The notes: generated from the sequence alone by a model not told the origin. A stretch of 64,000 bases of DNA from an uncultured Dehalococcoidia bacterium (GCA_950072105.1 CATMOE010000003.1:1-64000), one strand, 5' to 3'. Positions 10,233-20,742 are shown, counted from the stretch's first letter. Numbers and translations are program-made.

Positions 10233-10841
10233 ATGAACTTGAGGAAGTTAGTAATTATTGTGTCCATGAACGTTCTGCTCATGGCAACACTGGTAGGGGG
10301 GCCATCGTCGGCCTACGCGCAAGAAACCGGTGCGGTACAGTTTCAAACGACCGCTAGTGGATACGAAATCCGCGTAGAAGAATTCGCATCTACCCTCTCC
10401 GTAGGGTCGTCCCAGATCTTGGTAACACTCCGTGACGCCGACACCGGTGAAGGGATCGACGATGCGCGAGTTGCAGTGAGAGCGAAACACCCCCTGAGCG
10501 GCGAGGAGGGATGGGTAACGGCGCTTAGCTTCCCCGTCGATCCGAATCTCTACAAGGCGCAAGTGAGTTTGACTGCTCCGGGTACGTGGAGGCTGTGGGT
10601 TGAGGTGGATGGCCGGCTAGGCAGAGTGGAAGTGGAGATACTGCCGGTGGAGATCCCAGCCCTTCGCAGCTATTCCAGCGGAAGTTTTATCTTCATTGGG
10701 GTCTTCATGGTTCTGGTTCTGGGCGCTACTTATTTATGGTGGAGCTCACGGAAGGCGCTTAGGGAACGAGGTGCCGCCCAAGGGTTGCCGGAGGACTCCG
10801 GGCGGGACACCGGCGCCGGTTCGGACGAGGCCGGCGAGTGA
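10233..10841 (+). CDS. Exported YtkA/FixH-like Ig-fold protein with C-terminal membrane anchor
   Basis: Signal peptide, G.IDDA.V...Y......PGTW pattern, C-terminal TM helix. Confidence 0.55.
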   Translation: MNLRKLVIIVSMNVLLMATLVGGPSSAYAQETGAVQFQTTASGYEIRVEEFASTLSVGSSQILVTLRDADTGEGIDDARVAVRAKHPLSGEEGWVTALSFPVDPNLYKAQVSLTAPGTWRLWVEVDGRLGRVEVEILPVEIPALRSYSSGSFIFIGVFMVLVLGATYLWWSSRKALRERGAAQGLPEDSGRDTGAGSDEAGE

Positions 10842-10875
10842 ACACACTTTGTCTCCAAGTGGAATACCGCCGGGC

Positions 10876-11856
10876 ATGAATATAAGAATCAGCCTATTTC
10901 TGGTGACCGGGCTGGCGGTGGTTGCCGGATTCCAATACCTAGCCGGGGCATCAACGGTACACGCTCATGAAGGCTTGGCTGCCGGCCAAAACCCGATGGC
11001 GGCATGGAGCACCAACCCCATTCCTAGCTTCGGGCTTATTTTGGCTGCCTACCTATACCTGACGGGGTTGTCCCGTTGGCATCGGCCCACTCACCCCATC
11101 AGCCGCTGGCAACGGATCTCCTTCTTCTCGGGGCTGGTGGTCGTTTTTATCGCGCTTCAGTCGCCCATCGACCCCATTGCCGAGCACATGTTCTCTTTTC
11201 ATCAGCTACAGCACATCCTGATCCGAATGGTCGCCCCGCTGCTGATACTGGGAGGAGCGCCCCTGACACCCATGTTGCGGGGCCTGCCACATTGGGTATT
11301 GCAAGGAGTGGTTCGCCCCATCGTAAGCAACTCTCTGGCCCGTAGCGCATATTACCGCTTGACGAATCCGGTGGTGGCCACGATTATTTTTCTAGGCATC
11401 TTGTATCTCTGGCAGGTGCCGGTCAACATGAACCTGGCGTTGCGCAACGAACTCGTCCACCAATTTATGCACCTGACCATGACATTTTCGGGATTCTTGT
11501 TCTACTGGCTGATAATCGACCCGAAACCACACCGATCGCGGATGCATTACGGCCTGCGGGTGCTTTATTTGGGGTTGATAGTGATTCCTAATACCATGTT
11601 GGGCGTGGCCTTGGTATTTGCCGAAACGCCGATATACTCGGCATACGTGGAAGCCGGTCAACTCTTCGGCATGTCAATCATGACCGACCAGCAACTTGGC
11701 GGCCTAATGCTCTGGGTACCGGGAGATATGATGAGTATACTGGCCGCCGGAGTCGTCATGATTCTGTGGTACCAAAAGGAAGAGGAGCAGTCAGCGCTCG
11801 AGGCAGCCCGTCGCGAAGCCAACGTAGATAAATCGGGGCCGCAGCCCGGCGGATGA
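10876..11856 (+). CDS. ctaG: Cytochrome c oxidase assembly factor, caa3-type CtaG family
   Basis: SPID...FSFHQLQH, HQFMH, DQQLGGLMLWVPG. Confidence 0.85.
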   Translation: MNIRISLFLVTGLAVVAGFQYLAGASTVHAHEGLAAGQNPMAAWSTNPIPSFGLILAAYLYLTGLSRWHRPTHPISRWQRISFFSGLVVVFIALQSPIDPIAEHMFSFHQLQHILIRMVAPLLILGGAPLTPMLRGLPHWVLQGVVRPIVSNSLARSAYYRLTNPVVATIIFLGILYLWQVPVNMNLALRNELVHQFMHLTMTFSGFLFYWLIIDPKPHRSRMHYGLRVLYLGLIVIPNTMLGVALVFAETPIYSAYVEAGQLFGMSIMTDQQLGGLMLWVPGDMMSILAAGVVMILWYQKEEEQSALEAARREANVDKSGPQPGG

Positions 11857-11965
11857 CGTGATTCCTAAGCACTTGACCGCGGGATTGGTGAATCGTAGGA
11901 TGTTGCCACGCCCGAACCACCGATCCTTCACCAACCATTGCTAATATATTTCAGCGAGGCGACCT

Positions 11966-13075
11966 GTGGAAAAGCATAGTCCGCGTCCAGAACCCAAGTT
12001 TTCCTGGTTCGTTCCTATCGACGGCGACGGCGCAAGGGCCGGGACCAGGCGGGCCGAGCGTCCGCCGACTTTCGATTACCTGCGTAAGGTGGTGCAGACA
12101 GCGGAAGATCGAGGATTTTATTCCCTGCTCATTCCCACCCGGTTCGCCAATGGCTTGTTCGCCGAGGACGCCCCTCTGGCGGAGACGTGGACAACCGCCA
12201 CGGCGCTGGCGGCAGTAACCCAGCGGATCAGGTTTCTGGTGGCGGTTCGGCCAGGATTCATAGCTCTGGGCTTGTTCGCCCAGATGGCCGCCGCGCTCCA
12301 TCAGATATCCAACGGGCGCCTGGATATCAACATCGTGCCCGGAGGCATCCAGAACGACTTCGAAAGAGTGGGCGAGGTGAGCAGTCATGATACCCGCTAC
12401 GAGAGGGCGGAGGAGTTTATCGACGCCTGTCGGAAGATGTGGCAAGAACCTGGCCCGGTGACTTACCGAGGAGATTTCTACCGGTTGGAGGGCGCTTATT
12501 GCGCTCCGGAACCGGGGAAGAACTCCCCTTTGTTTTATCTGGGCGGTGTGTCGCCTAGAGCCATGGAGCTGTCAGGGCGGCAGGCGGACGTGCACCTGAG
12601 CTGGATCGAGCCGTTGGAGGCTACCAAGGGGCGCTTGGATGGATTGCGCAGCCAATTCGAAAAAACGAAGCGTTCGCCGTCGTTCGGTCTGCGTACCCAT
12701 CTGGTGGTTCGGGACACTGAAGAAGAGGCCTGGGCCGCCGCCAACGAACTCATCGATTATGCCGACCCGGAGGTTAAAGCCCAGCGCCATTCGGCCGTTG
12801 CGGGGACCCAGATGGTGGGCGCGCGAGCCCAAGCGCAAGAAGCGCCGGACCACCGGCTGGGGAAGCACCTGTGGAACGGGTTGTCCGAGGTCCGGGTCAA
12901 CTGCGGGACTGCCATAGTGGGGACTCCGGAGCAAGTCGTTGGGGAGCTGCTGCCCTATTGGAAGTTGGGCATGGACGAGTTCATCCTGTCGGGCTTTCCC
13001 CATGTGGAGGAGTGCCACCGGGTCGCTGACCAGGTCATTCCGCTGCTGCGGGAGCAGATAGCCGCTGCTGGTTAG
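11966..13075 (+). CDS. LLM-class flavin-dependent monooxygenase (SsuD-like)
   Basis: FLVAVRPG, GRLDINIV, YERAEEF, IVGTPEQV, FILSGFPH. Confidence 0.9.
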   Translation: MEKHSPRPEPKFSWFVPIDGDGARAGTRRAERPPTFDYLRKVVQTAEDRGFYSLLIPTRFANGLFAEDAPLAETWTTATALAAVTQRIRFLVAVRPGFIALGLFAQMAAALHQISNGRLDINIVPGGIQNDFERVGEVSSHDTRYERAEEFIDACRKMWQEPGPVTYRGDFYRLEGAYCAPEPGKNSPLFYLGGVSPRAMELSGRQADVHLSWIEPLEATKGRLDGLRSQFEKTKRSPSFGLRTHLVVRDTEEEAWAAANELIDYADPEVKAQRHSAVAGTQMVGARAQAQEAPDHRLGKHLWNGLSEVRVNCGTAIVGTPEQVVGELLPYWKLGMDEFILSGFPHVEECHRVADQVIPLLREQIAAAG

Positions 13076-13113
13076 GGGGAATCCCCCCAACCCCCCTTTA
13101 CCAAAGGGGGGCT
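13075..13113 (+). repeat. REP-like palindromic repeat, family A (copy 1)
   Basis: ATCCCCCCAACCCCCCTTTACCAAAGGGGGGCT; related copies at 26152, 55731 and 60255. Confidence 0.8.
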
Positions 13114-13214
13114 CTACGGAAACTCGAACGAAATGCTATCCGAGTACTGTGGCGTGACTTTCAGAGCGGAGATCCCAATCAACTCTTTGGATTGCCGCTG
13201 ACCAAGGAGATTCC

Positions 13215-15158
13215 ATGAGTAGCCCCATTTTACCGGACATTGTTTACAAGTTGCGGGGTGTGGGAGATCCGGCTTTGTCTCCGGATGGGAGCCGCCTGGC
13301 CTATACCCAGTCTTGGGTAGAACAGGGGGACGGGATGGAGGCCCGGTCGCGGATCATGATGTTGGATCTGCCAGGCGGGCACAGCCGCGAGTTTACCCAG
13401 GGGAATAAGGACACGGTGCCTAAGTTTTCTCCAGACGGCCGGACCCTGGCTTTTCTTAGGCCAGACGATACGGGCAAGCGGCAAGTCTGGCGGATGGAAG
13501 CCGGCGGCGGAGAGGCACGGTCTCTGACTAACGCACCGGGTGGTGTCACCGAGTTTTCCTGGTCTCCCAACGGGCAGCGATTGGTTATCTGCGCCGATGT
13601 CGACCCGGAAGCATCCGACGAGGATACCGGCTCTATTCCTAAAACCAGAGTGGTGCGCCGTATCCGTTACCGCTACGATACCGTGGGCTGGCGAGGCGAC
13701 GCCCATCATCACTTGTTCATCGTCGATGCCGACGGCGATAATCTGCGGCAGATCACCGATGGCGATTGGGACGATCTGTCCCCCAAATGGTCTCCCGATG
13801 GGGCCAGCATAGCCTTTTTGTCTGGGAGGCGGGACGACCGGGACTTTCGGGCGTTGATCGAGTTGTACGTCGTCGCGGCCGGCGGTGGGGAGGCCGAGCT
13901 ACGGTCTGAGGGATTGTCCGGCGTGGGCGCCGTTACCTGGTCGCCCGGCGGGGACCGGATGGCCGTGTTAGCAACCGAAGACCCCGACGGTTTGGTGGCC
14001 TGGCAGGCCTGGCTGTACGTTCTGGAGCCCGGCAAAAGTCCTGAACGCCTGACGGACGATTCCATCAAGCCTTACTTGGGGTTTCCCTCCATCAATCAAC
14101 CTCCGGAGCTCGCCTGGACCGAGGACGGCCGCATCCTCCTCTTGGGAGACAAGCAGGGGGAATCATTTCTGTTTGAAATTCCCGTGGGTGGTGGGCCGGT
14201 CCGCACGGTGGCCGGAGGCGGTTGCCAGAGTACCGCTTTGACCCTGGACCAGAAGGCGGGCCAGGCTGTTGTACTTTCGTCAACTCCCGGCTCCCCTGGC
14301 GACCTATTCCAGATTGAAGTTGCGTCTGGAGTGGAAGCAAAGCTGACCGGAATCAACCATGAGTATCTGGATGAGCATCCTACGGCGTACATGGAGAAAT
14401 TTACATTCGAAAGAGCCGGATTTGGTATCGAATGCCGCCTTTGGTTCCCGCCGGATTTCCAAACTACCCGGCAATATCCTCTATTGCTGGACGTTCACGG
14501 CGGACCCAACGGGGCGTTCTACGACTCTTTCAACGCAGTACAGCAGGTCCTGGCCACGGCGGGTTACTTGGTGCTGGCGGTGAACCCCAGAGGCTCCTCC
14601 ACCTACGGCGACGACTTCATGAAAGCCGTGTTGCAAGATTGGGGCGGGGAAGACTATCTGGACCTGATGGCCGCAGTGGACTTGGTGGTCGACAGGCCGT
14701 ATGTCGACAGCAACCGGCTGGGTATCCATGGCTACAGCTACGGTGGCTTCATGACCAGTTGGACCGTGGGCCACAACCAGCATTTCCAAGCGGCGGTGGC
14801 CGGTGCGCCTTGCACCGACCTGTTCAGCATGTACGGTACTTCCGACATTGGTATCAGCTTCGGCGAAGTACAGTGGGGAGGATCGATGGCCGACGCCGCG
14901 GATGAGCTTATCAAACATTCGCCCATCACCTATGCGGGTAACGTGTCCGCGCCCTTGCTACTGCTGCATGGTGAAGCCGACAACCGTTGCCCCATCAGCC
15001 AGAGTGAGGAATATTTCACGGTGCTCAAGCGACTGGGAAAAGAGGTGGAGTTCGTGCGATTTCCCGACTGTTCCCACCTATTTCTCCGGGTGGGCCACCC
15101 CAAGATGCGGGAAGAGTACCTGGCCCGGACGCTTGGATGGTTCGATAAGTGGCTGTAG
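13215..15158 (+). CDS. S9 family peptidase (acylaminoacyl/prolyl oligopeptidase) with beta-propeller
   Basis: PD40-like SPDG repeats, HGGP, GYSYGG nucleophile, HGEAD, H of the triad. Confidence 0.93.
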   Translation: MSSPILPDIVYKLRGVGDPALSPDGSRLAYTQSWVEQGDGMEARSRIMMLDLPGGHSREFTQGNKDTVPKFSPDGRTLAFLRPDDTGKRQVWRMEAGGGEARSLTNAPGGVTEFSWSPNGQRLVICADVDPEASDEDTGSIPKTRVVRRIRYRYDTVGWRGDAHHHLFIVDADGDNLRQITDGDWDDLSPKWSPDGASIAFLSGRRDDRDFRALIELYVVAAGGGEAELRSEGLSGVGAVTWSPGGDRMAVLATEDPDGLVAWQAWLYVLEPGKSPERLTDDSIKPYLGFPSINQPPELAWTEDGRILLLGDKQGESFLFEIPVGGGPVRTVAGGGCQSTALTLDQKAGQAVVLSSTPGSPGDLFQIEVASGVEAKLTGINHEYLDEHPTAYMEKFTFERAGFGIECRLWFPPDFQTTRQYPLLLDVHGGPNGAFYDSFNAVQQVLATAGYLVLAVNPRGSSTYGDDFMKAVLQDWGGEDYLDLMAAVDLVVDRPYVDSNRLGIHGYSYGGFMTSWTVGHNQHFQAAVAGAPCTDLFSMYGTSDIGISFGEVQWGGSMADAADELIKHSPITYAGNVSAPLLLLHGEADNRCPISQSEEYFTVLKRLGKEVEFVRFPDCSHLFLRVGHPKMREEYLARTLGWFDKWL

Positions 15159-15182
15159 TGGCCGATGGCTCTCGACCGGCGT

Positions 15183-16580
15183 CTATTGATGAAATGGCGC
15201 GCCGTTAACGCCGTTTGGCGCCGATAGAGGTTGGGAATGGCCTTTGGGTTCCTCCGGCAGAACGGGTTGGCGGGCGCCTGGAGGGGCTTTGGCCCAGGTA
15301 TCGCCCCAGGGAACGTCGGGGAGGCTTCGAGACCGGCGCACTTCGTTGATGGTTAATACTCCACGGTCCAAAAGTTGGGCCTCCCGGGACACGCGGCTGT
15401 TTTCGTCTTCCCGCGGGGCCTCAATGCTACTGATGTCGAACTTGACTTCCAGATCGGGATAGCCGAATCGGGGCAATAGCATCCGGTTGAGCTGCTCTTC
15501 CAAGAATCCGAGCTCGGGCAGCATCGTGTTTCGCCAGAAGATCCGCTCGGAGGCGTTGATGTTGGAGAAAGTTGCCCGCTCAAGGTCGGATAGTAAAGGC
15601 TTGGGCACACCGTAAACCCGGCTGACTTCCTCAAGGCTCCATCGAAGTCCTTGTATGAAGTCCATGTCACGATGGCTGAATCCCAGGGTTTTGATGTCAC
15701 GAACGAAGCTGGCGATGGCCGGCCTGTTGGCGTTGCCAGGGCCCCGGTGCCGGGCTTCCCAGCGGTTGTAGAACTCTTCGATCTCCATATCGGTCATGCT
15801 GTCGTTGGTGAGCAGCACAAAGTCCGGCCGGGCCGAATTCCGGAGGAAGTTGCGGTTAGATCTGAGACCTTCCAGCCCCATGTCGACAGACATCCGGGCT
15901 GGGGCTAGGGGAGACAGCCCGGCGTACTCTTCCAGAGGGTTAAAGTAACGGAGCCACAGTATCTCGTTAGTGGTGTAGGCAACCGGTCCGTTCCGGCCCG
16001 TATACACAAACCCCTTTATGTATTGTTCCTTATCCGGAATTATGTTCACCCGGTCGGGCCGTAGCGGCCATATCTGCCACCGGCCATGTTCGTCCCGTTC
16101 CAGCGCCCAGAAAGCTGAGCCCCACAGGTTAAGGTAGATCTCCGTAGCCCGCCATAGGTCGCCCCTAGTGAACCACGGATTCACCTGGTCCAGAACCTGT
16201 TGTAAAGGGTGGGACGATCCCACAGGCAAGCTCAGACCTTCCGGTGTCTTTCGATGGACGACGAGAGGTGGGCGAGTCAACGCCTCAGCCCGCAGTTTTA
16301 CCGCGGCGTAAACGGAAACTGCCTTGACATAGTAATCACCGTATTCGGTCCTGGCCCAGCCGCCGTTCCGTCCAACCACTCCATCCATCCAGTCTAGATC
16401 GGTGGCTGATGCCCGGTTGGCCCGCTGCCGGATGGAGTGGCTTTGTAACAATGTGGAGATGCTCTGACCGCCGAACCGGAACGTTCGCCCCAAAGGGACG
16501 GCGGGGAAGCTGTCTTTGAAACGCCGGTACACCTGCCCCAAGGCGGGCAAGGATGCCGAGAGTATAGATCTGAAGGTCAT
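15183..16580 (-). CDS. Phage portal protein, HK97 family
   Basis: VYAAV, HPL..L...NP, L.LWG.A, PL.PDRV, GLSP, YGVP, FSN, LT.NEVR...LP. Confidence 0.9.
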   Translation of the reverse strand: MTFRSILSASLPALGQVYRRFKDSFPAVPLGRTFRFGGQSISTLLQSHSIRQRANRASATDLDWMDGVVGRNGGWARTEYGDYYVKAVSVYAAVKLRAEALTRPPLVVHRKTPEGLSLPVGSSHPLQQVLDQVNPWFTRGDLWRATEIYLNLWGSAFWALERDEHGRWQIWPLRPDRVNIIPDKEQYIKGFVYTGRNGPVAYTTNEILWLRYFNPLEEYAGLSPLAPARMSVDMGLEGLRSNRNFLRNSARPDFVLLTNDSMTDMEIEEFYNRWEARHRGPGNANRPAIASFVRDIKTLGFSHRDMDFIQGLRWSLEEVSRVYGVPKPLLSDLERATFSNINASERIFWRNTMLPELGFLEEQLNRMLLPRFGYPDLEVKFDISSIEAPREDENSRVSREAQLLDRGVLTINEVRRSRSLPDVPWGDTWAKAPPGARQPVLPEEPKGHSQPLSAPNGVNGAPFHQ

Positions 16581-16730
16581 ATTGATATCCTCCTAGCACC
16601 GAGGTTTGCGATCAGCCGTGGGAGCAACCGTTCACTTAGGGTATGTTGACGGCCGCAGGGGCGGTGGTAGAACAGGCGTACCACGAACGGCTTTGGTGAC
16701 GTGTTAATCAAAATGGGAAGCAGCGGAATT

Positions 16731-18080
16731 TCAAGTCCACAGTCTGGTGTGGTGATCCTGTTCGACGAAGGCCAGCATCAGCGCGTCGGCCTTGTCGGGC
16801 GAAGGGAGGCCGCGGCCGCGCATGGCTTCCTTGCTTTCGAGATATATTCTGCCATGGCTATCGTAGCTGTAGCGCAACGCGGCCAGTTCTCCCATCAACT
16901 GGCTGTCCCGGGGAATCTTGATCTGCCCGGAGGCGAACAACTCGCTTAACCTCCAGTAGCCCTCGGCCCGGGTGTTGGTAAAAATACCTTCGTGCCGGGC
17001 CCGCCGGGCCACGTTGATGCCGCGCACGTTGTATCCTTGCTCGCGGAGCCGGTCCACGACGCCGGCTCCCACGCCGATCTCGTCGATGTACATGCGGTCG
17101 GGGTGGCACTCCTTGATCGCCGCCACCACCCAGCCCGCCAATTGCATGGTGTCCAGTTTTTGGAAAGTCTGGATATCCTCCACTCGGTTGCCCCGCCGCC
17201 TAAGGATGACACTGCGGTCGGAGCCGAAGCGGGCCACGTCTACCGCTAGAACGGTGTCCTCGGCTTCATCCGGCTGATCTTCATCGGTGGCAGGAACTTG
17301 GTCTTCGACGGCGGCCTCAATGTCGGACAGCTTGATGAGGGTATCCTCCGCCTGATCAGGGAATTCCCCCAGAACCCGGGCCAAGAAGATAGGATTGTTT
17401 TCACCCCAGGTCTCCCGGCGCTCTTCAACCCATTCGGCGGTGGTCAGTCCCGGGACCACCACCTTGTTAGACGTTACGTTGGGGCTGTCCAGCGCGGAGA
17501 TAGTGACCGTGTAATAGAGGCGCCGTTCTTGGTAAAAGGCCGGGCGGAAGGCCCCGGTGACAGTGGTGGGATTACCGATAAGCAACAGACGAGGTGATGC
17601 CGAGGTCATCACCGCTTCCACGGCCTCGTAAATCTCGTCGCTCAAACCCTCGGCTTCATCAACAACGATGAGCATGTTGGGGCTGTGGAAGCCCTGGAAT
17701 TGGTCGGCAGTGTCGGCGGACAGGCCGATGGCGTAGCGGTCATCGGCAAGCTCCCACCGAGTGTCCAAGATCTTGCCGCCCAGAACGTCCGGCGCCCGGC
17801 GGTACAAACGGCGGATCTGCCGCCACAATACGTGCCGGACTTGGCGAAAGGTTGGGGCGGTGCTGAGTACGATGGCGGGATCGTGGCAATAAAGGAACCA
17901 CAAGACTGCTACGGCGGCGCAGTATCCTTTCCCCAGTCCGTTGCCCGACTTAACCGCCACCCGCCGGTTTTCAAACAGCGCGGAAAGCACCTCCTCTTGT
18001 TTGCTCCATAACTCTACGCGCAAGATATCCTTGGCGAACTCCAAGGGGTTCAGCAATTGTCCATCCACGCCTTCGGCCAT
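16731..18080 (-). CDS. terL: Phage terminase large subunit
   Basis: Walker A KSGNGLGKG, Walker B IVVDEA, IGNP, nuclease motifs AVDVARFGSD, DEIGVG, SPDKADAL. Confidence 0.9.
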   Translation of the reverse strand: MAEGVDGQLLNPLEFAKDILRVELWSKQEEVLSALFENRRVAVKSGNGLGKGYCAAVAVLWFLYCHDPAIVLSTAPTFRQVRHVLWRQIRRLYRRAPDVLGGKILDTRWELADDRYAIGLSADTADQFQGFHSPNMLIVVDEAEGLSDEIYEAVEAVMTSASPRLLLIGNPTTVTGAFRPAFYQERRLYYTVTISALDSPNVTSNKVVVPGLTTAEWVEERRETWGENNPIFLARVLGEFPDQAEDTLIKLSDIEAAVEDQVPATDEDQPDEAEDTVLAVDVARFGSDRSVILRRRGNRVEDIQTFQKLDTMQLAGWVVAAIKECHPDRMYIDEIGVGAGVVDRLREQGYNVRGINVARRARHEGIFTNTRAEGYWRLSELFASGQIKIPRDSQLMGELAALRYSYDSHGRIYLESKEAMRGRGLPSPDKADALMLAFVEQDHHTRLWT

Positions 18081-18086
18081 TCAACG

Positions 18087-18290
18087 CTACTCCGAAGGCC
18101 GGTAATCAGATCGGATCGCCACGGTCCGCGAAGCCGGGGCGGACAGGCTGGGGTTGGCCGCGTCTGAACCGGACGAATCCCCGGGACTAAACAGAAAGCC
18201 GCAATCTTGGCATCGGAAAACCTGGTGGTTATCTGGAAGTTTCTTGTCCAATTGGATCACACGGATAGAGTTACAACGTCGGCAGCGCAA
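18087..18290 (-). CDS. Small zinc-ribbon protein
   Basis: CRRC...CQDC; GGAGG upstream; ends 6 nt before terL. Confidence 0.65.
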   Translation of the reverse strand: MRCRRCNSIRVIQLDKKLPDNHQVFRCQDCGFLFSPGDSSGSDAANPSLSAPASRTVAIRSDYRPSE

Positions 18291-18583
18291 GCTGGATCAC
18301 CTCCGCAATTAGTAAAGGGGCGGATCGGCCACAGCCGGGTCCGTCCCCGCTATATCACGCTAGGCTTTGGGAATCGAGACTGTCAACCACCGGCGAGTCA
18401 TCGGCTGCTGGTACAAACCGTGTCTGCGCGGCCGCGCGCCGGAGGTTATCGGGTAGGGAGGACGAGAGGCCGCGACGGTCGGTTTGGGTACACCGTGGTG
18501 GGCCGAAGATAGCTATGCCTTGCTTTAGGTGTGAACCATGAAGAACGGGAATACGATCTAGAACAGAAATCCGTTGGGCATGC

Positions 18584-18609
18584 AAAAGGGGCACGGTATG
18601 CCGTGCCCC
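18584..18609 (-). terminator. Intrinsic terminator
   Basis: GGGGCACGG/CCGTGCCCC 9-bp stem followed by TTTT on the minus strand. Confidence 0.7.
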
Positions 18610-18749
18610 AATAGAATCAATTAGTCACCTGATTGTTGGTGGCTTGAACGGAGCTGCTAGGCGGGGGTTGAAACCCGCTTGGCAGGGATGGCGAATCATG
18701 ACGGGAATGAAGTGAGGCCTATCCTCGGAAGGCCAGGCATCCCGGCGGC

Positions 18750-18935
18750 TTAATCAGGGTTGTGCTTCACGATCAGAGGCGCGACTCGCGCGTCGATGTC
18801 TCCCAAAGCCACACCGGCATCGGACCGGGCTACACCTAGATGGGCCGACCGCTGAATCTCTTCCCAATCGGCTTCCAGTTCGTACTCGTCTCTTAGTTCC
18901 TCTAGTAGGGCGTCTAAAGCTGTTTTATCAAACAT
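18750..18935 (-). CDS. Small acidic hypothetical protein
   Basis: 61-aa ORF with protein-like composition, followed by a terminator. Confidence 0.6.
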   Translation of the reverse strand: MFDKTALDALLEELRDEYELEADWEEIQRSAHLGVARSDAGVALGDIDARVAPLIVKHNPD

Positions 18936-19151
18936 GGCTGCTTATCTCAGATCCTTTCTCTATTTTTGTCGGCGCGGCCAAGGAGCCGGGTTCGGGCTAC
19001 CGTGGTGCGCTATCCCCGGTTGAATGCTGAATCAGCAAACACGTGCAACCGGAGACTCGCATTAGTCTACCCAATTATGAGACTGCGGGCAAGAGGCATG
19101 TTCGGTTGAATTTTGCGACCGAATTCTGAAACCGGCAGCCGGGGTACCGGG

Positions 19152-19388
19152 TTACGTTCCATCTCCTGTCTCCTGGTAGCTATCCACCCGGTCACGCCGC
19201 TGCTGGGTTAGGTAGAACAAGATCAGTCCTACTGGGAATGCCACGAGCGCCAGGCCCACCACGGCGATAATGACCCATGCAGCCGAGCCTAGCGCGTGGT
19301 CCAGCAGTTGCTTGATCCAGGCCAGCATCTCCGGATCTGCCGCCTCGCCGTGGTGCCCCGGCACTGAGAGAATAATAGGCCAGGGCAT
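19152..19388 (-). CDS. Small single-TM membrane protein
   Basis: One hydrophobic helix; directly downstream of the MFS gene. Confidence 0.5.
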   Translation of the reverse strand: MPWPIILSVPGHHGEAADPEMLAWIKQLLDHALGSAAWVIIAVVGLALVAFPVGLILFYLTQQRRDRVDSYQETGDGT

Positions 19389-19394
19389 GTTGGC

Positions 19395-20723
19395 TCAGTC
19401 GCCAGAGGCGGCCGCGACCGCGGGTGTGGTGAGGTAGCGGGTGGAATACTTGCGCTCTTTGATGGTGAAGGCGGAGAGGGCCGCCGGGAACAGCAAAATG
19501 CCGACGATAAGGAACGGGACAGTATAGGATCCGGTCAAGTCGTAAAGGACCGCAGCGAACAAAACGCTGGAGGCGGCGCCGATCTGATGGAAGGCGAAAG
19601 ATATTCCGCTGATGGTACCTAAGGTTTTAGTGCCGTAAACGTCCGCAGTCAAAGAAGTTGTAAGAGGAAGGGTAGCCCACCAGGAAAATCCCAGGATCAG
19701 GGCGAAGAGCCACAGGCCAAGATCGCCCGACAATAGCGTTAGACCAAATACTCCCGGAAGCAACAATATCATGTATCCGGAGCCCCGGAGGAAGTAGACC
19801 AAGGCCAATAAGTTCTTGCGGCCAAACCGGTCGGCCAATAGGCCCGCGCCCAGGGACCCAAAGACGTTCAAGCCTAGCATGACTCCCATGATTGTGGCCG
19901 CCAAGCCGGGAGACACGCCACGGTCGACGGCGTAGGGAACGAAGTGGACCGATAACATGAAAGTGGTTGAGCCACAGACCATGTAGGAGAGCGACACTTG
20001 CCAGAAGGGCCAACTGCGGAACGGTTGCGTCCATCTGTCGGCCTCCAGTGGACCAGAACGGCGCTGGGAAAGCCCTGCGGCAGAGGCATCGGTGGGTTCA
20101 TCGTCACCATCGGGTTGCAGGCCTAGCTTTTCAGGAGATTCCCGGATAAAGATATACGCCAGAGGGACCGCCAGCACTAGGATGAGCACCCCCAACGCCA
20201 CCCATGTCATGCGCCAGTTGGTGGCCTGAAGAAGGAACATCGCGAAGGGGACCATAACCATACCGCCCAGGGACGCTCCCGCCGCGATCAATCCCAAGAC
20301 CGTGGCCCGCCTGCGCCGGAACCATCGGGCCAACATGGCGCCGGTGTTGTTTATTGACACTCCGCCGGCGGCCACAGAGGAAAGCACGCCGAACATTAAG
20401 ATCAAAAATATGATATGGAAAGTTAGGCTGAGCATGACCAGGGTCACGCCAAGGCCGATCAGGCCCACCAGGACTACCTTTCGGCCTCCGGTGGCATCGA
20501 AGACGCGTCCGATAAACGGTTGAATCAATCCCGCGACAACTGCCCCCACGAACCCAGCCGCAGTAACGGTTGTCCGGTTCCAGCCGAATTCCTCTTCCAT
20601 CGGAATGACGAAAACCCCGAAGGCGTTACGGGCTCCGGTGGTGAGCAGGGCGATGAACATAAAGGTGGCTACCATGTACCACCCATAGTAGATACGGGGC
20701 TTGTTTTTGACGGAATTAGCCAT
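19395..20723 (-). CDS. MFS transporter (OFA/MCT-like)
   Basis: YYGWY N-terminus, 12 TM helices, LADRFGRK. Confidence 0.9.
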   Translation of the reverse strand: MANSVKNKPRIYYGWYMVATFMFIALLTTGARNAFGVFVIPMEEEFGWNRTTVTAAGFVGAVVAGLIQPFIGRVFDATGGRKVVLVGLIGLGVTLVMLSLTFHIIFLILMFGVLSSVAAGGVSINNTGAMLARWFRRRRATVLGLIAAGASLGGMVMVPFAMFLLQATNWRMTWVALGVLILVLAVPLAYIFIRESPEKLGLQPDGDDEPTDASAAGLSQRRSGPLEADRWTQPFRSWPFWQVSLSYMVCGSTTFMLSVHFVPYAVDRGVSPGLAATIMGVMLGLNVFGSLGAGLLADRFGRKNLLALVYFLRGSGYMILLLPGVFGLTLLSGDLGLWLFALILGFSWWATLPLTTSLTADVYGTKTLGTISGISFAFHQIGAASSVLFAAVLYDLTGSYTVPFLIVGILLFPAALSAFTIKERKYSTRYLTTPAVAAASGD

Positions 20724-20742
20724 GTGCTTGCTCAGTCGCCTG

